From Sarea resinae (Eukaryota), in assembly GCA_026026165.1 (NCBI GenBank), contig JAPEUD010000016.1, forward strand, positions 124,001 through 188,000: a stretch of 64,000 bases of DNA, written 5' to 3'. Of this stretch, positions 11,540 to 22,682 are shown piece by piece (position 1 is the first letter of the stretch; every line of letters begins with the position of its first letter). Under the pieces are notes generated by a model that was not told the DNA's origin, did no database searches, and saw only the letters and a program-made list of their open reading frames with translations. A program made the translations under genes and the position numbers.

Positions 11540-13900
11540 TCTTATAACAAATAATAGAGTCTTAAGCAATTAAATTTATAAGACTCTTAATATCTGTTGT
11601 AGCAGATCTATTAGTATAAGATGTGTTAATACATTCTCTAAATGTAAATTTAAATTAAGACTGTAGCAGAGTAAGATAACTAGTTATTAATACTAACTAC
11701 TTAAACAATACTATTATATTAAGAGTTAAATTACTCTTAGTCTATAGAATAGTCTTTAGCTATAGATTAAGAAGTTTATTTATCTAATTAACTTTAAAGA
11801 AGGTCTCTAGTTAATTATAGTTGCTAATAAGACTGTTTATAAGTATTGCTTGCTATAGATAACAATTACATATTAGTGTAGATATTAGCTGCTATAAACA
11901 AATTATCTCCTGTAAATAGTTAAACAACTTGCTTCTACTAAAGTAAAGACAACTACAGGCAATTATATAGTAGAGCAATCTAATGTCTGTAGCTTTAATA
12001 GCATGCCTTAATGTTAGGTATATTTTAATATAGTGTATAAAGCAGATATAGTTAAAATACTCTGTATTATAAGGCAGATACTGCTGTTTCTGCTTTTGTT
12101 TCTACTTTAAATCCTTTGTAGCGTTATCTACACAACAAATATCTGCTTTGTATTAAGCTAGCTCTTAATAACTAGCAGCAAAGAAGGCGGTTTTATAGAT
12201 ATCCTCTATATAAGCAAGGAATTCTATAAGAGTTAATATATAGAGGAATATATCTAGTTAACCTAAATACTGTCTTTTCTATACACCTAGGAGTTTTAAT
12301 AAGAATAACACAACTATCTTTGCTTAAAAGCTATGTTAAACAAGCTCTTACTAATAGTAGAAGAGCGCTTTATCTGCAGGTATACTCTAATAGCTAAGGA
12401 AATTAATATACAAATATAGCGTTAAATATTGCTAGAGACTACTCTATCCTTTATAGTGTGATCTAATAATTAATGCTAGAAGGTTTATCTGTATATAGAA
12501 GAGGCTAGGTATAGATAATATCTAGTCTAAGTAGTTGTATCTATCTGCTACCTCTAATTGCTTAAGCTAATATAAGTAGATTAGGCCTGCTGTTTTCTAA
12601 TCACTAAATACTAATATTAGCTGCTTCTTAAAGTTAACTGTGTCTTTCTCTAGCTGACTAGCAAATATGTTGTTTAACACGCTGTATATACTTATAATAG
12701 AACTCTCTAACTTAGTAATTAGTCTAAGAGTAATCTGCTTAGTCTGCCTATATAGAAGGACATTAAGAGTTAGTATTTATAAAAACATAAGGATATTTAC
12801 AGCGAATATATTATTAATAACATCTAGATATACTGTGCAGATAGCACTAGCTATAAAATATATTGAAATCTGTGCCTATATATTATCTATCTAATTTCTA
12901 TCTGCAGCTAGAAGATCTATTATATCTATCTAAACACTAGGATAAAACATATCTTATATAAGTCTATTATCTAGTAGATATTGTCTATGTAATAGTTTTC
13001 TAGTCGTGTATAAATATAGAGTTCCTATATAACTAACTAATTAATGCTGTGTTTTTATATACCACTTAAAATTATTGTATATAACTATATAGTCCTATGT
13101 TTGTATAGCAAAGCAAATAGCTATCTTTAGATAGTTAGCCTTTAAAAATAACAGCGTTTAAAGACTACGTTCTTTACTTTATTCTAATATCTGCTTTTTC
13201 TACGCATCTAATATATAATATCTATCTACTAAGCCTAAGCTATAAAGCGTGCTTATTCCTCTCTAGGTTAGTCTAGAGTCTTATAGATATAGTCTTAGTA
13301 TATAGGCAAAGCAATTTATTGTCTTTTATATATATCTAAGACTAAGTATAGATGTAGTTATAACTAGTTATCTATTATCTGCTAAGTGTGTTATCTGCTA
13401 ATGTTTTGCAATACACTATAATTTAGTAGCTCTACTAATAAGACGTGATAGTATAGGTGTAATAGTCTTTATTTAATCTGTAGAGCTAGCTAAGTTAAGT
13501 GTCTTTAAGTCTATCTCTTTATTATATTAGCTAAGCAGCAGATAGTAGCTTTATAGCTAGTCTAGATCGCTGCAGATAAAAGCAACACTGCTATTAATAA
13601 CTATATCTAGACCTTTATTTATAGTTTATAAGAGATAGATAATGTTGTTAAACTAAAGGACTATATTAAGAAAGGCTTTTTAATGCTTTAACTATATATA
13701 CCTTTAATCTTCTTCTAGATAATTAAGCTAGATCTCTATAAAGTTAATAGGCAATAACTGCTACTCCTATAGCTTTATTAGGATAATCTTAACCTTTTCC
13801 TTTAAAGATAATCTATTAGATACAGATATTAGTTGCTAAGATTAACTATTTATTATTATAGGTGTTATAGTTGCAAACGTCTACAGTGTAGTTAGTGCAG
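11540..13900 (-). pseudogene. RIP-degenerate Academ-type (DUF6589-like) transposase
   Basis: The minus frame gives IYNNF (YDNF, ~13070), VFSD*KT (GDQKT, 12591-12605) and *ILSIPSLFYIQIN (W..PGLFH.QMN, ~12495-12520). It also gives YLTLRHAIKATDIRLL (...DIGLL), NYLQEI, AILINSLI...FFKVN*INKLLN and SYTNRS. Boundaries are approximate. Confidence 0.8.
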
Positions 13901-14226
13901 TTAGTGCAGTTAGTGTAGATATAGTTGTTGTCTTATAACACTTTCTCTAACTAGATAATTTCTTTATAGATATAGATATTGTAATTAATTATATAGTAGA
14001 AGTGTAGCTTTTAATTAATGCAACTTTTAGTGTTGTTAGCGTTATAGTTGCAGATATCTTATGCCTTAAAGTCAGTGATTGTTGACTCTATACAAATCGC
14101 CTGCCTTAGTTATAGTATGTCAGAGAAGTTGCCTTAGACCTCTGGCTGGTGGATTGCCTATTTAGGCAATAGTGGTCCGTGCGCAGCGGACCACCCGCCA
14201 AGCGAGGTCTGAGTATACTGAGGCAA

Positions 14227-14235
14227 AAGCCACTT
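14227..14235. repeat. Right target-site duplication AAGCCACTT
   Basis: Identical to 8633-8641 and immediately outside the TIR. Confidence 0.9.
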
Positions 14236-14563
14236 ATCGGCTCATAATCTACAATCTCGAAGTATGGCTGTATTGGTGATGTGTCTATCATTGTTTATTA
14301 ATCTACCTTGGACGAGGCTTCGAATCTAATGTTATGCCCGTCCTCTCGCCATCGAAAAGTCCTGACGTCCATCAAGTCATCAAATGAAGTGAACAATCAT
14401 GTATCGAGAATAAGTCTGGCAGAATAGCCCATGTCTGCACAAACATAAAAGCTGCCCACACATAGTCGCCGAACAAGTGCAACGCCCTCGTTTACAGTCC
14501 GGACCTTAGAGCCTTTTGGTTTGTTGTATCCTGGTCGTGATAGAAATAACCTGGTCATAGAGT

Positions 14564-16967
14564 TTAACCCTCGCGAGGCGGAGAACCAGCTGCCCTCTTC
14601 GGCTTCAACAACTTCGTTTTGCTATCGAGCGAAGATACAGACCGGACCAGCGCAATAAATGCCGTCTTTTCTTGGATTCGACCCTTGAATTTGGCAACGA
14701 GCGCGGAGATGGTGATGCCATCTTCGGGAAGATTGGCCACGATTTCCTCTTTGGATACTGGAACTGGGGGCGCTGTGTCATGGATGGTCAGCTCGTCGTG
14801 GACACAGGAGAGAAAAGGTAAAGGCAGATACATACGTCGTTGGACGTTAGCTGTCCCAGGAGCGACTGGGCTTCCAGCTCGGCTTCCACTGACAGCAGAC
14901 GGTTTGCGTTGAGGAGCCCCAGCTTGTTCTGGACTACCAGCTCGAGAGCCTTGAGGACTGCCACCTGTAGGAGAACCACCAACACGAAGCTTGATCTTCT
15001 TTCTCTTGTTCGCTCCGTCACTCAGGTCGCCAGCCGTTCCATCACCCTCGCTTCCGGATCCAGCCAGAGCCTGGTGATTCCTCTTTTCCGGACGAGGCGG
15101 AGACGAAGAGATCTCATTGAGCTTAGAGGGCTCAATCGGAATTTTGACGATAGACGATCTCTTCCTTGGACCTTCTGGGGCAGGCGACATGGGTCGGGAT
15201 CCGGGCGCGGTTGTGGTAGGTGAGGTGGCTTGAGAGGCGGCGCCGTGCTTATCCTTGTGCTTCTTGTGCTTCTTTCTGGCAGCGGTCTCCGTGCCACTGG
15301 CTTCCGATAGATTAGGAGAACCAGGACGCTTGAGTGCTGAAGCTGCCTTCTTTGAGTCCTTCTTATCTTTGCCAGATGGTGTGGTCGTGCCTTTCGTCGA
15401 GGTGCCTGACTTCTCGCTCTTGGCCTTTTCCTTTTCTGCGGCAGCCTTTTCTTCCTCCTTTTTCTTCGCCTCCTCTTCTTTTAGCTTCTCTGCTTCGGTA
15501 TCTTCGGACTCGCTCTGTAGCAGGTTAGCATAGAAAGGAAATGGGCAGAGCCAGGTGCCGTCATACTTCTTCGGAGTAAGGATTCTCATCGGAGTCATCC
15601 GTGTAATTGTAGTTTCGTTCTCTCTTCATCAGAGCCTTTCGAGTCCGCTTGCCGAGCTTCTTTTTCATCTCTTTTTCAAGTTGTTCCGCTTTCTCAGCCT
15701 TGTCATAATCTTTCTCATCCTTGAGATTGAAAATGTTCGCCTGTAATTGATCCCGCTTGATCCTCTCCTCGGCTTCTTTGTTTTCCTCCTCGTCGCCCTC
15801 AAAAAGCTGATTCTCTTCATCATCCGCAAAACGATCTTCAACAAAGTCCAGGTCATCTACATCTCCACCACCTGATTTCAGCGCACCGTAGTTCACACCG
15901 GTATCTTCATTGTTGGCTTTGCCAACATATAGCTTGTTCCAAGCCCGCTTATCTTGTGCTTCTTGCTGTCTCTGAGCCTTGGCACGTTGCGTGTCCATGA
16001 ACCATCTAGGTTCTTTCACCTTCTTCGTCATCCTGTCTTCGGCTTCATCGATGTTCAAGGTCTTGAACTGAGCTTTAGCAGTAAATTTGTACCACTTCTC
16101 GAGCGGCACCATACGGAACACCCCAGTGGGCTCCATGACCAGAATAGCATGGGTATCTGACAACGCTGCCTCATAGTTTCCAACCCAGGTATTCTTGTTA
16201 TCGAAGTCCTCGAGATGCCATGGCAAAGCTTCTTCGTATCGTAACTTGGCTTCGGCTTGCCCCTCCTTCGTCTGATCATTCCGAAAAACTTGCTGTGTCT
16301 TCTTCTTGTTGAAGGTGTTCGCCTTCTTCTGACGCTCAGTATTCGCAGAAGGAGCAATCTGGGCCAAGTTGGCTTCTCGTTGGGCCTCCCGTTCTGCCCT
16401 TGCTATCTCTTGTCTCTCTTTCTCTTTATCGTCGATGATGTTCTCCTTCGAATCTGTGGCTTCGTTGTTCTCCTCCTTCATCGCTCCTGCGCCTGCGGGT
16501 GGTGCTCTGGGATCCCGTCGCTGAAGCCGGACAGGCCTTGTGAATTGACTCTCATCCCTCGGGTCGACGTTTTTCTTGGAGGCGAATTTGGCGATATGAT
16601 GGCGAAGGCCTTCGAGCAACGCTCGCTTTGTCGTGAACAGAGGATAGTCCTGAAACGATCCCTCCGGTTTTTCTGAGAAGCCGCTGGTACTGACGCCAAT
16701 AGTGGCTTGATCAGGCGTGGACGTACTGGACGATACTGTCGTTCTAGCGGCAGTCGGTTGCAGGGCTTTTGTGTGAGGCTTGCTATCGCCAACAACAGCA
16801 ATGCCGTTGACACTAGAGGCGGATGTCCCAGGTGGAGCTGGCCTGCGGTTTGCAAGCCTCTTCTTCGGCCTTACAAGAGGGTCGGCTGCTTTAGGACGGC
16901 GGATGAAGGGCGGGGGCACTCCATTTGGAGCTCGAGACAAAGGCGGATTGGGAGGTGTGGCGCTCAT
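14564..16967 (-). CDS. TFG1: Transcription initiation factor IIF large subunit (RAP74/Tfg1); 3 exons
   Basis: Contains FTRPVRLQRRDP, KLRYEEALPWHLEDFDNKNTWVGNYEAALS, FRMVPLEKWYKFT, FADDEEN and ENPYSEE, plus a C-terminal winged-helix-like segment. Introns at 15515-15566 and 14773-14835. Confidence 0.93.
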
Positions 16968-18138
16968 GTTGAAGAATGACGGATGATTTGCAGAGAAGCA
17001 GGAGAGCGAGCGATGAGCCAGCGACGGGCCTCACTGCGAACGCAGAAGTGAAAGCCAACCGTCGCACGCGTCCCGGCCAAGCGGCGCGTCTTTCGTGATG
17101 CTCAAATCAAGCCCGAGACATGAGTGATACGGTCGGGGGTGGTAACGCTGATGGTGGAATCAAGTCTTGACTGATCGTGTTTCTGGAGAGGTCTTGAATG
17201 GTGGCTTTGCTCTTGTGAGACGAGCGTCGAATGGGTGCTGGGAGGATGTGAAGGTGTTGCAGAAGACAGTGTCCTTCTGCTGATCGTATGAGGGTATGAG
17301 GACAAAGATGAGATAGACAAAGATGCAGATGAGGGAAGCGCGATGAAGCGGGAGTATGAGAGGACGCTGTACGGCGAGGTAGGGTACCTAGTATGATTGA
17401 TGTGAAAGCGGCCAGTGACGATTGAGATGGAGGCTCAGCCCTACGGTGTTGCCGCGTACATTTCGGTATGCAATGGGCGGCGAGGGGTGGATTACGGCGG
17501 CCCGTGCTGGTCTGAATGGCAGCTCTATTACGGCATGGGATCTGCGCCGAAACTGCATATAACGCGAGACAGCCCACACGGGTGATATCATACCTCGAGT
17601 TTGCTCCCGCCAACTTCACACTCACCACCTTACAGCAACAAATGCGGAACAACATCGAGGCCGCAGACTCATGAATAACCAAGTCCTTTTCTCTTTCCTT
17701 TCTCTTTCTTCTCGAACTCCTCTCCGCATGCTTGCCATTGGCATGAGGAGAACAGTCAGGAATGAATAAAGCTCGCGTTTGACACAGATACCTACAGCCA
17801 GTACGCGGCGCATCACGCTCTTTTCATTGCATGAGTGGGAACCTTCGGGCGTGGTGAATATCTATTTCTCTACATGAACCTTGGCACCATGTACGCGCCT
17901 CTGTGATCTGGTACTCATACCTACACTTGTCCACGGAACTCTCCTTCTGTTCAGTTCTCGCAGCAGATGGACTCTTTCTGTCTGTATACACCTGTTCGGT
18001 TGCATTATTCGATGCCACACTCTTTCGCAGATTAGATACCAGATATCACGTTCAGAAGCCAGAGAGCAGTGACATCACTCTCGCTGATCATTCGAAGAAA
18101 CAATCTATGGTGACACGACGTCCATCAAACTCGTCACG

Positions 18139-21100
18139 ATGAATCAGAATGAAACCGTCCCGGATGGCATCGCAGCTGGCATGCCATCCGCCCAATCGAA
18201 TGTGCACCGTTCGGCCCCTTCCGCCTCTTTACAGAGCTCAGATGCTGGCTACGCGAACCATGGCCAGTCTTTGCCTACCATCATAGATGGTAATCCGAAC
18301 GGTGCACCACCATTCGCACGAGGCATGATTCCTCCTGACCACCATTGTGTACAACAACATGGCAGTCTACAACGACCTCAGGCCTCCTTCATATCTGATC
18401 AGGCGCCCATCGTTGCTGGCTCTACTCCATTGCCGGCTGCGCAGGGCACCGACTCTTTCGAAAAAGTGAATGATCTTGAGGGTAGACTTCGAGGACTCAT
18501 TTTAGGAAATTCTCAGATAGCGCAGGACAAGACTGGCACTCAGCAAGCTATACGATCACAAGAATCCTCACCATATCACAAGGGCCCTGCGAAACCGCAG
18601 AACCAATCAAGAAGGCACCAGTCGATACCTACTGGTCAGTCGACCAGCGACGCTCAGCATCAAATGCCTCGGCCCCAATCATCCCCGTCAAAAAAGCGAC
18701 CCAATCAAGCACAACGAAGACAGATGCAAACCAAGCCTGATTTGCCCGCCATGACGAGCCCGCCAAAAGCATACTCAGGTCCCACAGCTCAGAACAGAAG
18801 CACGAGTGGCGGTAGGGGCGGTCATTCTATCGGTCCACGTCCAGAGCGAGCCACGGCTGAGTCTCAACGAGCTCAACAATGGCGTGGATTTGCACAGGGA
18901 CACCCGGTTGAACAGCCTCAAGAAACTCAACAAACTCAACAATATCAAAGACCTCAGGTAGGGGGGCCTCCTGGGTTTCACCCACCACAATCATACCATG
19001 GCAACTATGCCCGTCCACCTCCAACACATCATCAGTTGTATGAGCCTACACCATTTGGACATGGTCCACATGCTCAGCAATCAGCGCCCCGATATCAACA
19101 AAATATCAGCGAGAGCATTGCGCAGGCCCGCTATCTAGAGGAGCTGGCTACCACAGCTGTACCGAGTGCGGAGATTGATCCAGCGGAGCTGCAAGAGAAG
19201 GACGAGTTTCGGAAGACCTTGGAGGAAATTTGCAAGGATGCCATCACAAGATACGAATTGGGAAAGGAAGGTCAAAGCTTTGATTCAAACTCTGTAACTT
19301 TGGAATGCTTTGGGAGTTTAAGCTCCGGATTCGCCACTAAGTCGTCGGATATGGATCTCGCTCTCCTTTCCCCAAACTCTAAGCCAGAACCTTCGACCAC
19401 TGCTTCAGCTATCCCACGAATCCTCGAAAAACATTTCCTAGACAGAGGTTATGGCGCAAGGCTTTTAACGAGGACAAGAGTTCCCATTATCAAGTTATGT
19501 GAGAGCCCGACCGAGGAGCTCTTGACGGCGCTGAGGGAAGAACGAACAAAATGGGAGGAGCAAGGAGATGAACCCGAACCCGAGGTCGAACAACAGGACA
19601 ACAGTCCAGATGACCCGACTGATAACATTACTGGAGAAGGAAGCGCAACACCCCGAAAAGACTCTAATGGCGACTCATTTATCAATAGCGAGCTTGTGGG
19701 ATTCTCACAGAAGCCTCAAGAATCGCTCTGGCAGTACTGTCGTAGGGCGAGAAGGGTACTGGAAAGCATTGGAGGGCGTGATTACATGATGCCAAGACAT
19801 CGCAAATTGGAATTTGAGGAGGGCCAACTCCTCAATTCCATGTCAAAAGCTTTTGTCGTTGGTTTACACGATCACAAGTTGAAAGAAAGGCTTCTGTCTT
19901 ACAAATCGGTCGCCTTCGAGGCTGGATTTCGATCACTGAATGGGATATGGGTACAGACAGAGGGCGAGCGAATGGTGATGGGCTGGGAGAGCAGAACCAT
20001 CTCGGAAGCCAGTGAAGAAAAAGAAGCACAAGGCCAGATGGTCGTGGATGAATGGCACCAACTTCAGGATAAAGATTCAACCGACATCCTAGCTTTCAAT
20101 GAAGCCTTACATAAGCTCTGGGAGAAAATAAAGCTCTACCCCTCTGCAAAGCTTGCTATTCTTGCGCAAGGCCCAGACGAGAGCTCGCGATCCTATAATG
20201 TCCGCACTACAGCAATCCTGAGAGAGCTGGGAGGTCGAGACCTTACGGATGATCCGCCACTTTCTTCAAGGGAAGCATCTGTCTTTGAAGCAGTGGTTGC
20301 TAAATTCATTGAAGGCATTCGTGGCACTGCCGAAAAGGAGCTTGTCCGCGAATTCTGTTCTTCAAGAGAGAACATCAGCCTCGCAGACATGGCAGCGCAA
20401 TTCATTGCAGAAAGTCAGATGTACCACTATGAGCACCCAAGTCGTTCGACACATTATACAGATGACGAAAAGTCCGTTATTCGGACTTACGCCAGTCTCA
20501 TCCGTCAGCACGGCGCCTCAGCACACCTTCCTGAACTTGCTACAGCCCACCAACAACTCAACCAACTTGCAGACCCGACATCCTACCAGCGTGAGCGCAC
20601 GGGTGATAAGCTTGACTTTCCAAAGACAGGCGTCGGCATCCAATGCGATATCAACTTCTCGAATCAACTTGCTCTTCACAACACTGCTCTCCTCCGCTGT
20701 TACTCTCTCTGCGACCCGCGCGTCCGCCCGATGGTACTCTTTGTTAAAGCCTGGGCCAAGAAGCGCCAGATAAATAGTCCATATAATGGCACCTTATCAT
20801 CCTACGGCTACGTTCTGATGGTTCTTCATTTTCTCGTCAATGTCGCTCAGCCGCCGGTCGTCCCGAACCTCCAACTTGCCTGGCGTCCCCCCCATCTGTC
20901 CCCAAACAAGGACAATACCCGCGAGCCCCCAACTACACTCCAAGGCTACGACATCCGCTTCTGGCGCTCCGAGCCCGAAATTCGTCATCTTGCATCTCAA
21001 GGTCACCTGACGCAGAACCATTCCCCCCTCGGATTCCTTATTCGCGACTTCTACGCCTACTACGCGGCCCAAGGCCCGCTGATCCCCTCTCGCGGCTTCA

Positions 21101-21687
21101 ATTGGTCTACCGACGTCCTCTCCCTCCGCACAAAAGGAGGTCTCCTCTCCAAGCACGCCAAAGGATGGACCGCGGCGAAGATGACCACCATGGCCGATGC
21201 AGGCGGGAAGACAAGGGAAGTCAGACATCGCTATCTGTTGGCGGTCGAGGATCCGTTTGAAGTCGATCACAACGTCGCGAGGACGGTGACGCATCATGGT
21301 GTGGTGGCCATCAGGGACGAATTGCGGCGAGCGTGGCGGATTCTGGGAAATGTAGGGAGGTCTGGAAATGTTGGCGGAGAAGGGGGCATCTTTGATGATC
21401 TGAATGCTACGAGTGCAACTCCGATCTCGAGTGTAGCCCCTACTACAGCCGCCACCGCTGATGCACCAGCTTCGACGAGCGCGGCCGACGCTTCCTCGGC
21501 CTCTTCACTCGTAAGCCCAACCAAGGTCCACGAGGACCAAACCCAGCTCCGTTCCAAGGCGGACACGCAAACCAAAGCAGCAGGCCCCCTCGATCAAAGC
21601 TCTCTTCAGAAGCAAGGACAAGAAGCACAGCCAACTCCCGCGACGGATCAAATCCAGTCTATCAAGACAAGCCGCAAAGACCTCTGA
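18139..21687 (+). CDS. Cid1/Cid13/Cut-family terminal nucleotidyltransferase (TUTase / non-canonical poly(A) polymerase), 1182 aa, single ORF
   Basis: NTase motif FGSLSSGFATKSSDMDL, then RTRVPIIK and the third Asp in GIQCDINFSN. DPRVRPMVLFVKAWAK...GTLSSYGYVLMVLHFL is present, as is the PAP-associated LAVEDPFEVDHNVARTV. There is a long Q/P-rich N-terminus and a large insertion inside the catalytic domain. Confidence 0.93.
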   Translation: MNQNETVPDGIAAGMPSAQSNVHRSAPSASLQSSDAGYANHGQSLPTIIDGNPNGAPPFARGMIPPDHHCVQQHGSLQRPQASFISDQAPIVAGSTPLPAAQGTDSFEKVNDLEGRLRGLILGNSQIAQDKTGTQQAIRSQESSPYHKGPAKPQNQSRRHQSIPTGQSTSDAQHQMPRPQSSPSKKRPNQAQRRQMQTKPDLPAMTSPPKAYSGPTAQNRSTSGGRGGHSIGPRPERATAESQRAQQWRGFAQGHPVEQPQETQQTQQYQRPQVGGPPGFHPPQSYHGNYARPPPTHHQLYEPTPFGHGPHAQQSAPRYQQNISESIAQARYLEELATTAVPSAEIDPAELQEKDEFRKTLEEICKDAITRYELGKEGQSFDSNSVTLECFGSLSSGFATKSSDMDLALLSPNSKPEPSTTASAIPRILEKHFLDRGYGARLLTRTRVPIIKLCESPTEELLTALREERTKWEEQGDEPEPEVEQQDNSPDDPTDNITGEGSATPRKDSNGDSFINSELVGFSQKPQESLWQYCRRARRVLESIGGRDYMMPRHRKLEFEEGQLLNSMSKAFVVGLHDHKLKERLLSYKSVAFEAGFRSLNGIWVQTEGERMVMGWESRTISEASEEKEAQGQMVVDEWHQLQDKDSTDILAFNEALHKLWEKIKLYPSAKLAILAQGPDESSRSYNVRTTAILRELGGRDLTDDPPLSSREASVFEAVVAKFIEGIRGTAEKELVREFCSSRENISLADMAAQFIAESQMYHYEHPSRSTHYTDDEKSVIRTYASLIRQHGASAHLPELATAHQQLNQLADPTSYQRERTGDKLDFPKTGVGIQCDINFSNQLALHNTALLRCYSLCDPRVRPMVLFVKAWAKKRQINSPYNGTLSSYGYVLMVLHFLVNVAQPPVVPNLQLAWRPPHLSPNKDNTREPPTTLQGYDIRFWRSEPEIRHLASQGHLTQNHSPLGFLIRDFYAYYAAQGPLIPSRGFNWSTDVLSLRTKGGLLSKHAKGWTAAKMTTMADAGGKTREVRHRYLLAVEDPFEVDHNVARTVTHHGVVAIRDELRRAWRILGNVGRSGNVGGEGGIFDDLNATSATPISSVAPTTAATADAPASTSAADASSASSLVSPTKVHEDQTQLRSKADTQTKAAGPLDQSSLQKQGQEAQPTPATDQIQSIKTSRKDL

Positions 21688-22682
21688 ACCGGAACAAGTC
21701 ACGACGGAAGCCGGCGGTGCGGTAGCCCTTGGTATGTCTGACTCTCTGTGACTGGGGGCGTTTACTTTGCGTGGGGCGGGGCGGGATAGGTCGGTCGGGA
21801 CTCTGCGAGTGGACTTGATTTTCTTTCTTTCTTTCTGTTGGTGTCGAATGCATGGATGCATTGCGTGCTCACATGCGTACCAAGCTGCGTGTCGCATGAG
21901 TGGACGAATGCACGACTTGAACAGCTAGACGGATAAATGAATGAATGAAGGAATGCACACGAGACCCATGACTTTTTCATTCCTTTCGTCAAATTTTCGT
22001 TCTCTACCCCGTTCATTCATTCCCGTGTTTGCTTTTCCTGCTTCCTGTAATCCGGATCAGACGTGATGGGATGGGATGGAGAGTGGTAGGCTGGGTACCT
22101 CACCTCAGCTCACACCTTAGATTGGCTTGGTTTGGTTTTGCTTGGCTTGGCTTATCCTATCCTACATTAGCTGAGTTTAGTGTAGCTGTTCAATCGAAGA
22201 ATACCTCAATAGCGTAGTATCGCATCTTACAAGTTAGCACGAGACCACACGTTCAATAGAGCAAACAGAGTCGGGCGGGGTAAGCTTCAGTAGAACAGTG
22301 AACCAGAAACTTTCTTCATCTTGAGTATTCGATTTCTTCGATTTAGATTACATATTGCAAGGAAAAGGAGAAACAATCCACAGGAGCCGCATGCCACATA
22401 CGCATGAAAAGGGACATAAAACAGAGACCCCCGTACACAATGTAGGGTAGCTATCGGGGGGTGTTCAATCAAAAGGTCTAGTAAGACATAAAAACAGGGA
22501 AAAAGGGGGGCGAGAGGCAGAGTTTCAATGAACAATGCCATCATTGGATTCGAGCAACTCCGTCGCCGGTGCGGCCGCCGCCCGGACGATTCTTGTTTTT
22601 TTGTTTCGGTATTCTCTCGTCCGTCCATTCATCCATCCATTCAAGTACAGCCACGTCCGGCCCGACTCGAGCTCGATCAAGC

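Larger units (their letters stand above)
8642..14226. mobile_element. RIP-inactivated AcademH-like DNA transposon (helicase + transposase) with intact termini
   Basis: Left end TTACCTCAGCATGCTCAGACCTC (8642-8664) versus the reverse complement of the right end TTGCCTCAGTATACTCAGACCTC (14204-14226): 20/23 identical, transitions only. Identical 9-bp flanks AAGCCACTT at 8633-8641 and 14227-14235. The AT-rich, TpA-rich interior carries convergent helicase and transposase relics. Confidence 0.9.
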
